Source: a virus. Taken from it: 64,000 nucleotides of DNA. The stretch lies in IMG/VR virus record IMGVR_UViG_3300023179_000074, positions 1-64,000 of that record. One strand, written 5' to 3'. The notes under the pieces are model-generated. The model had not been told where the DNA came from and ran no database searches. It worked only from the letters and a program-made list of their open reading frames with translations. Below are positions 30,650-41,391 of this stretch, in pieces. Each line of letters begins with the position of its first letter. Positions within the stretch are counted from its first letter, which is position 1. The position numbers and the translations under genes were made by a program.

Positions 30650-30697
30650 ATCTGTATTATATAATAGATTCGATAAAATCAATGTATAAATATCATT

Positions 30698-31180
30698 ATG
30701 AGTGAAGAATTAAATGAAATGGTCGGAGATTTGTTGTCTCAATTAAATGATGCTAATAAAAAAGCCGAAAAAATTCAAAAAGAAACAGATTTATTAAGCA
30801 AAGAAAACATGGAAAAATTTGTAATTGAGAATGCAGGTAAGCTCATTAAAGAAAGTCTTGAAGTTGTTACTAACGTTAAGGATTACATTTCTTCTGCACC
30901 AGAAAGTAAAGATGTGAGTAGTTTAGCTGATTTAATTGCTGCAACTTCCACAGCAATTGAAACGCTAAATAAAATTATTGTATCTGATAAAAAGAACGAA
31001 ACTATCATAAAAGCAAAAGACATGGATTTAAAGAGTAGAAAGGAACTAAAAGAAAGTGACAATACTACAAAACTACTAGCAACAAGAGAACAGGTGTTTA
31101 AGATGCTTATCGATAGTGCTAATAAAAGTGCAAAAATTATTGATGCTGAAATAATAGAAGATAAAAAATTAGAAAATTAA
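30698..31180 (+). CDS. Putative terminase small subunit (gp16-like)
   Basis: 160 aa helical/coiled-coil protein ending LLATREQVFKML, like T4-type small terminases; perfect TATAAATA late promoter. Confidence 0.45.
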   Translation: MSEELNEMVGDLLSQLNDANKKAEKIQKETDLLSKENMEKFVIENAGKLIKESLEVVTNVKDYISSAPESKDVSSLADLIAATSTAIETLNKIIVSDKKNETIIKAKDMDLKSRKELKESDNTTKLLATREQVFKMLIDSANKSAKIIDAEIIEDKKLEN

Positions 31181-32850
31181 CATTCAAACAACTTTTTGTA
31201 GATATTTTTAAATATACTCTTAAAGTCGGGCACAAGATTTTTCATAAATTTAACAAAATCATCCTTCTTAGGGAATTTAGGAATCATACTCTTTAATTTA
31301 GCAAGTATTGTTTTTGGATTAAATTCCATATTAATAAAGTCAGAGAAGTCTATTTTACCTATTATAGGTAATTTAAAATTACATATAATATTTTTTATAC
31401 TTTCTATTGAACTTAGTACACTCATAGGATCTAGGTTTTTTAAATTAGTAGAAGTTATAAGCGATGCAATTTCCGGAAAACTACCTAAATCATCAATAGG
31501 TAGAATATTAGGAATACCTTTTGTACCAGTAAAGCTAATACTATCAGAAAGTATACTAAACGGATTAGTCGCTAAAGATGTAAATCCGGCAATTGAATCG
31601 GTAATAGGAGATAAAATAAAATTAGATATTGAATTTAAATTACCGGTGGGGTCTAAACTCCCTAATCCAAAAGTATTTAAAGTATTGCTGATTTGAGAAT
31701 TATTTAATGCTGAGGAAAACCCGGGTATATTATCTGGTCCTATTTTATTAAAAATTTCATTAACTTTACTTAACGTATTATTAGGAATTTGCATTAGATT
31801 AGAATTATTATTTAAAAAAGAATTATTATTAATGGATATAGGAACAGGTATTTTAAATTCTTGAACTCCTCCTAAATATCTTTCATTAATTGTATTAGTA
31901 TTGTAAATCACATTTCCAGAATTTAATCTTTCTACACTAATAGAGTTTTTTATAGATTTAAAGGACATTGAATTTATAAGCTTTTTTTGTAATAAATCTA
32001 CTCGTTGCATAGTGCCTTCTATGTCTATTTCAAAAAATAAATTAGTAATAAACTGTAAATTTAAATAGCTTCTAGGATTATAACCTATTTTATCATTAAT
32101 ATTGCTAAAATAACATACAAATTCATAATAATCATTAGAGAAGCTATTTTTTAAATTGTTTATTATAGATTGTAATTGGGTAAAAAAATCTTCGTAAAAC
32201 TTTATATCGGTTATTAAATTATTCGAATGTGATTGTGTAGGGTCTGCAGCAACCTGTTGTAACTGTTTATCCAATTTTGTAGTTTGTGAAATTAAATTCT
32301 TCAAGTTATTTCTCATTAAACTAGTATTTTTTTTCTGAAGTTCAAAAGAAAGCTCTAAAGTATTATTGCTAATTTTATTGTTTAGTTGAACTGCATGGGG
32401 AAAAGGTATGCCGAACTTATCTAAATTAAAATCCCAAATAGGACCGGTGTTATCGCTCATTTTGTTCATCATATTTGCCATAATACCAATACTGTCGCTT
32501 ATTTCGCTAAAATAAGAATTTTTATTTTTATTAATTTTATTTTTTATTACATCCGGTAAGGTGTGATATTTTTTTACCCAATAGTAAACATAGTCTAAAT
32601 TTAAGTTTTTAAACTGTTTTTTGTCTAGATCGTTAAAAAACTTAGAAATATTATTTACCGGATCACCAGATTTTAAATTATTTCTATAATCAATGCTAAT
32701 TTGAGCTTCTTCAGTTAAATCCTCATTGGAACCTGCAGAGCTCATTCCAATACTTTTTAGAAATGTTGTATAATTTTGTAGAAACTCTAGCGAATTAGTT
32801 ATATTGGCATCTACCAATTCTGGATATAATGTTTTTGTGGGTGTTCTCAT
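31177..32850 (-). CDS. Hypothetical baseplate-operon protein
   Basis: 557 aa, ATGA-coupled to the hub gene. Confidence 0.55.
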   Translation of the reverse strand: MRTPTKTLYPELVDANITNSLEFLQNYTTFLKSIGMSSAGSNEDLTEEAQISIDYRNNLKSGDPVNNISKFFNDLDKKQFKNLNLDYVYYWVKKYHTLPDVIKNKINKNKNSYFSEISDSIGIMANMMNKMSDNTGPIWDFNLDKFGIPFPHAVQLNNKISNNTLELSFELQKKNTSLMRNNLKNLISQTTKLDKQLQQVAADPTQSHSNNLITDIKFYEDFFTQLQSIINNLKNSFSNDYYEFVCYFSNINDKIGYNPRSYLNLQFITNLFFEIDIEGTMQRVDLLQKKLINSMSFKSIKNSISVERLNSGNVIYNTNTINERYLGGVQEFKIPVPISINNNSFLNNNSNLMQIPNNTLSKVNEIFNKIGPDNIPGFSSALNNSQISNTLNTFGLGSLDPTGNLNSISNFILSPITDSIAGFTSLATNPFSILSDSISFTGTKGIPNILPIDDLGSFPEIASLITSTNLKNLDPMSVLSSIESIKNIICNFKLPIIGKIDFSDFINMEFNPKTILAKLKSMIPKFPKKDDFVKFMKNLVPDFKSIFKNIYKKLFEC

Positions 32851-34451
32851 GCACTATTAGTATTTAAAAACAAATTATTATAGCTATACGTTTTTATGCA
32901 CCGTAGTTCATTAAAATATTCATTTCCTTTAAATATATGCTTTACTTGCACCACAAGATAAACACCCAGCATCTTGCTATCAAAATCACTGTAAACCATA
33001 GACCCATCTCTATCTATACCTATAAAGACACCTGCAGTTCTGTGTGTTGAACCTGGTACTTTAAACGAAATAGTATTGTTTAAAAAGATAGAATTAAATA
33101 AAACTTCATTTCTACCATCGCTTAATCTTTGATCTCTATCTTCTATATTTGAAAAAACGTTTTTTATATTTTTTTGTAATAATCTATTTTGACCGGGAAA
33201 AAAATTAGGATACGCTGTACCGTTAACACTGAGTTGATCAAACGGCTTAACATAATTCTCTGTATAAACATCAGTTATGTGTTTAATATCATTTTTTTCT
33301 AAGTCTATAGCAAATAATTTTTCTGTTTCACTATAACTGTGTACTGCGGTTGTACATATTTTTTGCTGTGTATACATACCTGGCATAGGATCGTAAACCA
33401 TATTATTAATTGTACCGTATTTGTCCAAAAATAATGCAATTTTTGGTGTAAAGCTTACCGGTTCTAGCAAATACTGTTCGTCTACATTAGAATACAATCC
33501 GAGTTTAAAAGTCTCATAATATTCTGAACCACCAGCAATCTCTGTAGAATTATTGCTGTTATTACTTTTAATAGCTGATTCAAAAGTTTTCTTAAGACTG
33601 GTTAAACTAAATTCGTATTTATCTCTTCGTAACCTTAAAAAAGCTCTATCAAAATTACTATCTTCATCTGAAATATGTCTATCTAAAATATAAGTTAAAG
33701 TATCAATACCTTTAAACCGAGCAGGTGAAGAAAAGAAAATTTCTCTACTTCCTTCATCAAAGTTTTGATTAAAAGTAACTGTGTCATTTTCAGTATTAAA
33801 AAACTCATTTAAAAAATATTTTATTGCTAGTCCTGTCTTAAGACTTCTTTCATCGTTACTTTGATTATTAATATTATCAGTGTCTATATATTTTGATGTA
33901 GTAAAATATGAATTTTTTTCTATTAAAGAATTATATGTCCAATCATGAAAGTATAGTTTTTTAAATTTTTGTCCAGGTTCTTCGCCTTGAATTTCTTCTG
34001 TATTATAAATAACAAAAGTTAAAGAAATTTTAAATGCATTATTTTCGGTATCCCCGGTAAAAAATTTTTCACTGAATTCAGACTCATCTAACTTCGGTAA
34101 AATATCTACTATAAGTAAATCTCTACTATCACCTTTAAAAATAAACCCTTTACTTGGCTTAAATGACTCAGTAGCAGCTCCCTTCAATAAATTAGTGTTA
34201 TCAAAATCAACCATTCGTTCAACTGCATCAAAAACATTATTAATAACAATATAACCTTTAGTATAAAAATCTGTAAAATTTTCTTCAATAACTAATGAAT
34301 TTATAGAACCTATTTTAAGTTCCTGAAGCCTATCATCAGAAGAAAGCAATCTTATATTAAAATAATAAGGATTATTATTTATTGTATCGCTAAATTCATA
34401 TTTTTTAGAATATAAATTAGAAATTTCAGCATTTGTAAATTGCGTGCTCAT
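32847..34451 (-). CDS. Baseplate hub protein (gp27-like)
   Basis: LVIEE...GYIVI near the N-terminus and ISFKVPG...AG...GVYLVVQVKHIF at the C-terminus, typical of hub proteins. Confidence 0.6.
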   Translation of the reverse strand: MSTQFTNAEISNLYSKKYEFSDTINNNPYYFNIRLLSSDDRLQELKIGSINSLVIEENFTDFYTKGYIVINNVFDAVERMVDFDNTNLLKGAATESFKPSKGFIFKGDSRDLLIVDILPKLDESEFSEKFFTGDTENNAFKISLTFVIYNTEEIQGEEPGQKFKKLYFHDWTYNSLIEKNSYFTTSKYIDTDNINNQSNDERSLKTGLAIKYFLNEFFNTENDTVTFNQNFDEGSREIFFSSPARFKGIDTLTYILDRHISDEDSNFDRAFLRLRRDKYEFSLTSLKKTFESAIKSNNSNNSTEIAGGSEYYETFKLGLYSNVDEQYLLEPVSFTPKIALFLDKYGTINNMVYDPMPGMYTQQKICTTAVHSYSETEKLFAIDLEKNDIKHITDVYTENYVKPFDQLSVNGTAYPNFFPGQNRLLQKNIKNVFSNIEDRDQRLSDGRNEVLFNSIFLNNTISFKVPGSTHRTAGVFIGIDRDGSMVYSDFDSKMLGVYLVVQVKHIFKGNEYFNELRCIKTYSYNNLFLNTNSA

Positions 34452-34817
34452 TTATTTTGTATTTAAATAATTTTTTATATCTTTTATAATGTCATTTACG
34501 TAAATAGACTTTATAACTCTTATTGACGCACCGGCTTTTACAAATTCCACAGGATTATAGATACTGTTAGCTAAACAAAGCAACCACCATAAATCTATAG
34601 TCTTATAAGCATTATAGCTTATAGAGGTCCAGGGCATTCTATTTGAGATAACCATATAATATACTTTTTCTTCGTCAATATTACTAGGTAAATATATAGA
34701 TTGAATAAGATTGTAGTAATAAAATTCGTTTTCTTTATATACTTTAAATATATTTTCATACCTAGTGCTATTTAGCTTAGGTAATTCTTTAATATTATTT
34801 TGAAAATTGCCTTCCAT
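34452..34817 (-). CDS. gp53: Baseplate wedge gp53-like (LysM-type)
   Basis: PWTSISYNAYKTIDLWWLLCLANSIYNP. Confidence 0.85.
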   Translation of the reverse strand: MEGNFQNNIKELPKLNSTRYENIFKVYKENEFYYYNLIQSIYLPSNIDEEKVYYMVISNRMPWTSISYNAYKTIDLWWLLCLANSIYNPVEFVKAGASIRVIKSIYVNDIIKDIKNYLNTK

Positions 34818-34821
34818 ATAA

Positions 34822-36153
34822 TTATCTTGTATTTACATCTGCGGGCCTAAAAGGTGTATTGGCGCTGGGATTTGTTTGTTGTGGAATTAAACCTTGGAGA
34901 ATAACATTTGCGTTTAATGAAGAGGTGGTTACTATAGGATTAGGGTTAATAAGTTCATACATAAAATTTTTCGTTTCAGCTAGTAGGCTTTTTAGTGTAA
35001 CTCTTACCATGTAAGCATCAGGTACTATAGTAGTAATATTACGTGAAACTTCTCTGTTAGTAAAATCTCTTAAAGTTGTAGTAACAGGTGTTTGTGGTCC
35101 TACTTCATCATCTCTAAGTTGTCTTCCTGTTACATTTAGCTGTTGTATAACATTTAAATTATCAATAGTAGAGAGGCTAAGTGAAAGTTCTCTTCTAGAT
35201 CCTTGAAATTCTATAGCAATATTACTTATGTAACAAAAAGGTAAAAATTTTGACCCAGGAATAGATACTTGGTAAAGCACCGGGGGGTCTATTACTGAAA
35301 CACTTCTTCGGGAAGGTTTGTTATTATATAAAAGTAAAAATAATAATTCCCAATTTCTTACAACATCTTCATAGCTAGCGCTTCCTGTATTAATTAAAGG
35401 AAAATTAAAGCTAAACTCTTCACCCTCCATAGGGTAATTATAAAGTTTAGCTTTTTCAACAAATGTTATATCAGCGGGATTTCTTAATGTATTAACAAAA
35501 TCAGCAATACCCGTAAAAAACTCAGCACCGGTTTTTACTAAACCTGAATAAGGTGTATTTGCATCACCAGAAAAAATATTTTGTTGAGCATTATAATAAT
35601 TATCAAAATAGGGAAGAATAAAATTCCAGCCTGTATCCTCCGTAATATATAAGTTTTGATACGGTTTTAAATAACTGTCTTTTCTGTTAAAAATCGAATT
35701 GTTATCTAGTGAGCTGGGAAGAAATCTGCCCAGTAATTCATTGGCTCCTCTTGAAACGCTATCTAACTGATCTGCAGAAGCGTTTAAAAAACTTAATGCA
35801 GGTCCTTGATTAGCTAAGTCTCTAAGGCCTCCGGATACACCGGCAGCAGACGCTCCAAATGAATATTTTAATTGAGAAATTAATGTATTTACTTTTAAAC
35901 GCTTTTCTTGTAAAATAATTTTAGGTACTTCTTCGCGTGCTTTTTCTCCTGTTTTTGAATAGGTCCAATAAAAATCCTGTACAACATTAACAGTTGTGCC
36001 GTTAACTACAGATCCATCAGAATTAGTAGCACCTCCATAAGAAGTATTACTCGGAGAAACTAAAAAAGGCGTTGAAACGTCTGTATCGTCTAATTTGCTT
36101 TTTGAAGCATCGCTAAAATTTCTACTCTTAGAAATAGAAAATACGTGATTCAT
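34822..36153 (-). CDS. Baseplate tail-tube cap/initiator (gp48-like)
   Basis: FSFNFPL...PPVLYQVSIPG...CYISNIAIEF; located between tape measure and gp53. Confidence 0.55.
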   Translation of the reverse strand: MNHVFSISKSRNFSDASKSKLDDTDVSTPFLVSPSNTSYGGATNSDGSVVNGTTVNVVQDFYWTYSKTGEKAREEVPKIILQEKRLKVNTLISQLKYSFGASAAGVSGGLRDLANQGPALSFLNASADQLDSVSRGANELLGRFLPSSLDNNSIFNRKDSYLKPYQNLYITEDTGWNFILPYFDNYYNAQQNIFSGDANTPYSGLVKTGAEFFTGIADFVNTLRNPADITFVEKAKLYNYPMEGEEFSFNFPLINTGSASYEDVVRNWELLFLLLYNNKPSRRSVSVIDPPVLYQVSIPGSKFLPFCYISNIAIEFQGSRRELSLSLSTIDNLNVIQQLNVTGRQLRDDEVGPQTPVTTTLRDFTNREVSRNITTIVPDAYMVRVTLKSLLAETKNFMYELINPNPIVTTSSLNANVILQGLIPQQTNPSANTPFRPADVNTR

Positions 36154-36164
36154 AATATTACTTA

Positions 36165-38225
36165 TTAAGCGTTAACTAGGTCAGCCCTATATTCAAAATT
36201 AGAAACCGTTTTATCTGTTAAAACAAAATTACGTGAATTATTGCTTATAATTGTAGGGGCCTTAGATGAAGTTGAACTAACCATAAAAGCTTCAAGATTT
36301 TTATTTAGTACTTGATCCATCTTAAACATAGATTCATAAAATCTTAGTTGCTTGGCAAATAATTCTTTTACATCTTCTAATTCTTTTAGCATCTTCTGCT
36401 GAATATTTGCTTGATCATCTTTTTTCTTTACATCGTCCATTTTATTTTCTACGGGCTTAGCTTCATTAAGCTTGAAAAAATCATTATCTATTTGTTGAGA
36501 GCCTGCTTCATTTATTGCTTTTCTTGTTTGTTGTTGTAATTCAACACTTTTTTCCAAAGATTCAATTCTTTTACTTCTATCTTTATCACTACCAAACATG
36601 TCCTTGTAAATTTCTCTTGATCCGCTCATTATAAAAGTACCTGCGCTTGATAATACTCCTGTCACAATTCCATATAACACAGACGCTGTTAAAGGTTGTC
36701 CAAAAAACGGAGTGCCGGGTATTGCTGATGTCGCCAAGCCTACAACACTACCCGCAGCGGTTCCATATGTACCGCCTTTTAATGTATCGGTTAATACTTT
36801 TTTGTTAGGATCTTTTTCTTCCTTTATTTTTTTCTTAAGTCTTTTTTCTTCTTCTTGAGATTCTTTATATTGCATCGAATAAGATTCAGGATCTTCATAA
36901 TCTAATCCTTCTTTTCTATCTAATGCAGCGGGTTTAGAGTATTTGTTAGGGCCAGTAAAAGCTTTATAAATTGCTTTAAGAGTGTTTATAGGACCATCCG
37001 CTGAGCTTATTAAATAAATATCATCCATTATTTCTCTTGCAGCTCTTAGACCATCAGAAAGCCCGGGGGCATATTTGTCTAAAATAGCAAACCCTTTTGA
37101 AGCTGCTGCTGTATCTTTACTAAAAATTAAAGATATGGCATTACCAATATCAACAATTGTAGAAATAACATTGTTTATGGATTCAGAAATTTCAGTAAAA
37201 ACTGAATTAAAAATATCTCCTAAATTTATATCTTTAATTTCTTTACTAGTATCTTTTCCCGCTTGCCATACAAAAGCTTTTTCGGTAAGCATTTTAATAA
37301 ATCCTGTTATTTTAGAAACAGAGGGAAAATAAACTTCTATTTGATTTAATAACCCTATTACATCATCAAAGTTTATACCCGAGCCTTTAACTGCTACTTG
37401 ATATAGCTGTACAAATATTTTACCAATTTTTTCAAAAAAGTCTGTAATTCCAATAAACGCGCCCTCTAATCCTTTAGTTAAATTTTGAAAGAGTTGCTCC
37501 ATAGTAAAGTCAATACCAAACATACTAAACTTTTTACTTTTATCCCCTCCCATATCATAATCTTGTAAGAGACGTTGTTTAGTAGTACCGAAAAACTGAG
37601 CTATAAATTCTGCACCTGGTATTGCAAACGCAAGATATTTTAAACCTTTACTCACATCACCACGAGCAATTAATCTAAACCCATCAAAAGCATCGATCAG
37701 ACGCCCTACAAACGGTATGCTTCTAATAAACTCTTTATACTCTAATCCTTTTTTATTGAATACGCTTGTTAAGTTCTTCAAACTACTCATTACCGAGCCT
37801 TGTTTAAACTGCTCAAATAATTTTTTAACTACTGGTATTTTTTCAACGCCAAAGGCTAAACCAGCGACACCACCGAGCAATAATAGTATAGGGCTTAGAA
37901 ATTTAAAAATAGATCCGGATTCTTTTTTCTGTGATAATTTTATTTCTTTTAAAATAGCGCTATATTTTTCCGATTGATCTAAGGACTGTAGTTGTTTTTG
38001 TGCCTTTCTTGAAAATTCTATTTGTTTAGGCTCGCTTTCTTTACGTTCTTTTCTAGCATCTTCTGCTCTTTGTATTTTGTATCTATCGTCATCTAATGAA
38101 AATCTTTTATCTAGCACTGCTTGAATTTTCTCTAAAGATTTATATTGCTGTAAGCTTGAAGCTTTTAGATCTTCAAAACCTTTACCAAAAACAGTAATCA
38201 ACTGTTCATTAGATAACTCTTCCAT
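36165..38225 (-). CDS. Putative tape measure / hub protein (gp29-like)
   Basis: 686 aa, helical with Gly/Ala-rich hydrophobic stretches; follows gp26-like genes. Confidence 0.5.
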   Translation of the reverse strand: MEELSNEQLITVFGKGFEDLKASSLQQYKSLEKIQAVLDKRFSLDDDRYKIQRAEDARKERKESEPKQIEFSRKAQKQLQSLDQSEKYSAILKEIKLSQKKESGSIFKFLSPILLLLGGVAGLAFGVEKIPVVKKLFEQFKQGSVMSSLKNLTSVFNKKGLEYKEFIRSIPFVGRLIDAFDGFRLIARGDVSKGLKYLAFAIPGAEFIAQFFGTTKQRLLQDYDMGGDKSKKFSMFGIDFTMEQLFQNLTKGLEGAFIGITDFFEKIGKIFVQLYQVAVKGSGINFDDVIGLLNQIEVYFPSVSKITGFIKMLTEKAFVWQAGKDTSKEIKDINLGDIFNSVFTEISESINNVISTIVDIGNAISLIFSKDTAAASKGFAILDKYAPGLSDGLRAAREIMDDIYLISSADGPINTLKAIYKAFTGPNKYSKPAALDRKEGLDYEDPESYSMQYKESQEEEKRLKKKIKEEKDPNKKVLTDTLKGGTYGTAAGSVVGLATSAIPGTPFFGQPLTASVLYGIVTGVLSSAGTFIMSGSREIYKDMFGSDKDRSKRIESLEKSVELQQQTRKAINEAGSQQIDNDFFKLNEAKPVENKMDDVKKKDDQANIQQKMLKELEDVKELFAKQLRFYESMFKMDQVLNKNLEAFMVSSTSSKAPTIISNNSRNFVLTDKTVSNFEYRADLVNA

Positions 38226-38248
38226 TAATAATATTTAAGAGATATTAT

Positions 38249-39001
38249 TTAAATTGAAAAAAATGATCCGTCTACTTCCAGGTTTTGCCCGTTAATTTGT
38301 GTAAACTTGCTTTCTATATCTCTATACTGTTTAATAAATTCTAAAATGTTGTTAGTCAAGGTTGAAGGGAACTTTTCTATAACTTTTATTTGTTCAGGTA
38401 CAGCGGTAGAAGAAAATTCTAATGAAAGAGGTTTTTCGCCTTCAAAAGAAACAGATTTTATAAACTTAGATATCTCTTGAACGAACAATTCACCAATAAT
38501 ATTCTTAAAATCTTTATCTTCTGTTTGTTTTAGATTATCTAAACTAAATTGACTTAATTTTAAATCAACATCAAGACGAGGTGCTTGAAGAATGACCTTT
38601 AAATTATTAAGTTCAATTACTTTTTCTGTATTAAACTCAGTAGAAATGTTAGGGTATTCTTTTACTTTATCAAATAAATTAATTTTATTTTCATTTAAAG
38701 TATAGTTAGCATCTAAGCAGTGTGCTCTTAAAGCAATAGCTATTGCTGTTCTATCAAAAGTATAAAGATCATTTATCTTTATATCGTCGAGTATATTTTC
38801 TTTTAAAATACTGTAGAAATTAATAATAAATGATAATTTAGTTAAAGTTTCATCAATAGAAGTTTTTAATAAATTTTTTTGTTGTCTTAATGTAATATTT
38901 TTAATTTTGACTTCTTTTTTTAAGGAAGGAACAAAAACAGAAATTGAGTTTGTTTTATTTAGTTCTTCCAATTGTCGTAACAGTTCTGCAGAATTACTCA
39001 T
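38249..39001 (-). CDS. Baseplate hub assembly protein gp26-like
   Basis: VPSLKKEVKIK.ITLRQQKNLL...L..FDR..I.IALR. Confidence 0.7.
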   Translation of the reverse strand: MSNSAELLRQLEELNKTNSISVFVPSLKKEVKIKNITLRQQKNLLKTSIDETLTKLSFIINFYSILKENILDDIKINDLYTFDRTAIAIALRAHCLDANYTLNENKINLFDKVKEYPNISTEFNTEKVIELNNLKVILQAPRLDVDLKLSQFSLDNLKQTEDKDFKNIIGELFVQEISKFIKSVSFEGEKPLSLEFSSTAVPEQIKVIEKFPSTLTNNILEFIKQYRDIESKFTQINGQNLEVDGSFFSI

Positions 39002-39863
39002 TATGGGTATTTAGGTTAGAAGAAGGGAGATTCAAGTTATTACCTTTTTGTTGTTTATTTTTATCTTCTATATCTTTCTTAAAGATATTCATAAAAACAT
39101 TTAATTCAGCAGGCGTGGAATTATAAAGTAAGTCATAAGTTAAATTTGCTTTTGAAATAAAAAAATATTCAAATTCGTATAGTGATAATAAATCTCTTTT
39201 AAATAGAATTTTTAAAAATTCAATAATAGTATTATCTTTTAAAGAAAGAGGCAGTTCTATTTTTTCACTATCACCAAAACTTATTTGAATTAAAAATATT
39301 TTAGATAAATTTTCATGTATTTTGTCAAAAAAGTCTTTTGCATATTTTAAAGTAGTGGTAGGAAGTATTTCTAAAATTTTCATATCATCGACTTGATAGG
39401 TGTTATTATCTACTGTCACATTTTGAATAGTAGAAAGATATTGTTCTTCCAGTGTATTTAAAAAGAGTTTAGAAGTTAAAGAAAAATTAATTTTTACGTT
39501 TTCAATAGTTTGTATTTCATTAATTTCTGTATCAAAATTTTGAAGTTTTTCTAAAAGTTTAGTAAGATCTATAGAAATTAATTGCTGTTTTTTATTTTTA
39601 TCTTGAATATTAAATTCTAGTACCGGGCTAATGCAGATTATTCTTAACACTAGTAAAATAATTAATTTTTCTAAGAAATTAAAATTATTAAAATTGTTAT
39701 TCGAATGAGTAGCAATTAGATTATCTAAAAACTCGCAAATATCGAGATTATTGTTATTAAGAATAGTTTTTGCTAAATTTTTATATGTTTTGTATTTTAT
39801 TTCTCTAAAATTAAAATATTCTTTTCTGTTTTTTAAAAAAACTTTTATATTAAAGTCTTCCAC
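38994..39863 (-). CDS. Second gp26-like protein with gp51-like C-terminus
   Basis: FREI...L...LEKL.ILL.LR..CI; C-terminal LY..E...STPAEL.VF. Confidence 0.5.
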   Translation of the reverse strand: MEDFNIKVFLKNRKEYFNFREIKYKTYKNLAKTILNNNNLDICEFLDNLIATHSNNNFNNFNFLEKLIILLVLRIICISPVLEFNIQDKNKKQQLISIDLTKLLEKLQNFDTEINEIQTIENVKINFSLTSKLFLNTLEEQYLSTIQNVTVDNNTYQVDDMKILEILPTTTLKYAKDFFDKIHENLSKIFLIQISFGDSEKIELPLSLKDNTIIEFLKILFKRDLLSLYEFEYFFISKANLTYDLLYNSTPAELNVFMNIFKKDIEDKNKQQKGNNLNLPSSNLNTHNE

Positions 39864-39883
39864 GGAACTATTTAAAACAAAAA

Positions 39884-40792
39884 TTATAAAAATCCAAGTG
39901 GATTTATACTACCAATACCATTTTGAAAGCTTGTAATTCTAGGTATTTCTCCGTTTGAAATTCTATTAACTATATCAGCAATAGGAAGATATAAGTTATT
40001 TTCAACCGTATAATTTGAGTATGTCCATCTAGTAGAATAAGTTGTAAGTTTATCATCTGTATAATCTAAGTTTTGTTCAGAAACTTGAAAGGGCACACAG
40101 TTGTAAAAATTAAAAACCTTTCGAGGAATCATAGATATACTATGATATGTTCTTGTATATTCCAATAAAGTCATATTAACTTTCATATTTTTAAACCCTC
40201 TTCTTCCCCTTACGTCATCGGGACGTGCTGTCATACCGTAATGCGATGCTAAAATAACCCATGGTCTTATTACAAAATCAATAAAAGAAGTATTTGTTTC
40301 TCTAAAATCAATTACCAGATTAGGTGGTTCTGTGGATCTACCGCTACCTAAAATACCGGGTAAAAATCCTCTATTATTATTTACGGATACTGATGTCACA
40401 TCATATTGTTCAGTGGGAACAGTTATTTGATGTGCAAATAGACATCCTATCACACGCTGAAGGGGGTAACTATTAAGTATTGTAACAGCGCTATTTATAT
40501 CATATCCTTTTTTAGCACCGTCTGTTCTTTCTAATCCTTGAATAACACTAGTTCTTAAAGCTGCAGGGTAATTATCAATTACAATAATCCATTGTGAGGA
40601 GTTAGGAATCGAGGTAAACCACGATTCCATTTGAAACAGAAAATAATCTCTTACACTAACTATTGGAACACCGGGTATATTAAACCCAAAAAGATTAGTT
40701 ACTTGGGGGGCAAATAAAGGATTAGTGCCTGTAGCTAGCCCTGTGAAATTATTACCTAAAGCATTTAATGCATTAGTAAATGGATTGTTCAC
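39884..40792 (-). CDS. Tail tube-like baseplate protein (gp54-like)
   Basis: Tail-tube fold pattern (ITVP...IDFRET...WV...FYNCVP..VS...Y); follows gp19. Confidence 0.55.
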   Translation of the reverse strand: MNNPFTNALNALGNNFTGLATGTNPLFAPQVTNLFGFNIPGVPIVSVRDYFLFQMESWFTSIPNSSQWIIVIDNYPAALRTSVIQGLERTDGAKKGYDINSAVTILNSYPLQRVIGCLFAHQITVPTEQYDVTSVSVNNNRGFLPGILGSGRSTEPPNLVIDFRETNTSFIDFVIRPWVILASHYGMTARPDDVRGRRGFKNMKVNMTLLEYTRTYHSISMIPRKVFNFYNCVPFQVSEQNLDYTDDKLTTYSTRWTYSNYTVENNLYLPIADIVNRISNGEIPRITSFQNGIGSINPLGFL

Positions 40793-40818
40793 CTAAATAT
40801 TTAGGTAAAAAAGGTTAT

Positions 40819-41367
40819 TTAGGATAATTTTCTCCAATAATGAAACGAAACTGTAGCAGTAAATTCTATTGTGTTACCGGTGCCTTCTGCGATATTGTAA
40901 GCTAAAGGGCCTACGCTTCTAACTGATACACCTACCAATTGATACTGACCTACCTTGTTCATTTGATTATCAAGCTGAACTAAATCAATAATAGCTGTTT
41001 GCTTTGGAGCAAAATAGTTACCGGTAGAATTAGAGTCATCAAATATATCGGTAGACCATTGCTCGAATTTTTGTCTTATTTGTGAATTTGCATCAGCATA
41101 AAATGTTAAGGTGTAAGCTTCACTTCCCGGGTATGTTGCATTACCGGGGAGATTAAAATTTAACCCCATATAAGGTACCGGAATATTTGTTATGGCCCTC
41201 TCAGGAAGAGTAGCTGTTTTTACATATACTAAATCATTCTCGTCAAATGTAACTGTACTGGCTCCTCCGGTGTTAATCGAGAGTACTCTAAAATTAAAAT
41301 CGCGTGCAAACTCTCTAGTTGCTGCTACTCTGTAAAAGTCGGTTATAAGTTGATTTACATCTGCCAT
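40819..41367 (-). CDS. gp19: Tail tube protein
   Basis: VKTATLP...VPYMG...LPG...IRQKFEQW...QLD...IEFTAT..YW. Confidence 0.9.
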   Translation of the reverse strand: MADVNQLITDFYRVAATREFARDFNFRVLSINTGGASTVTFDENDLVYVKTATLPERAITNIPVPYMGLNFNLPGNATYPGSEAYTLTFYADANSQIRQKFEQWSTDIFDDSNSTGNYFAPKQTAIIDLVQLDNQMNKVGQYQLVGVSVRSVGPLAYNIAEGTGNTIEFTATVSFHYWRKLS

Positions 41368-41391
41368 AAAATTATTTATTCCTTAAATTGG

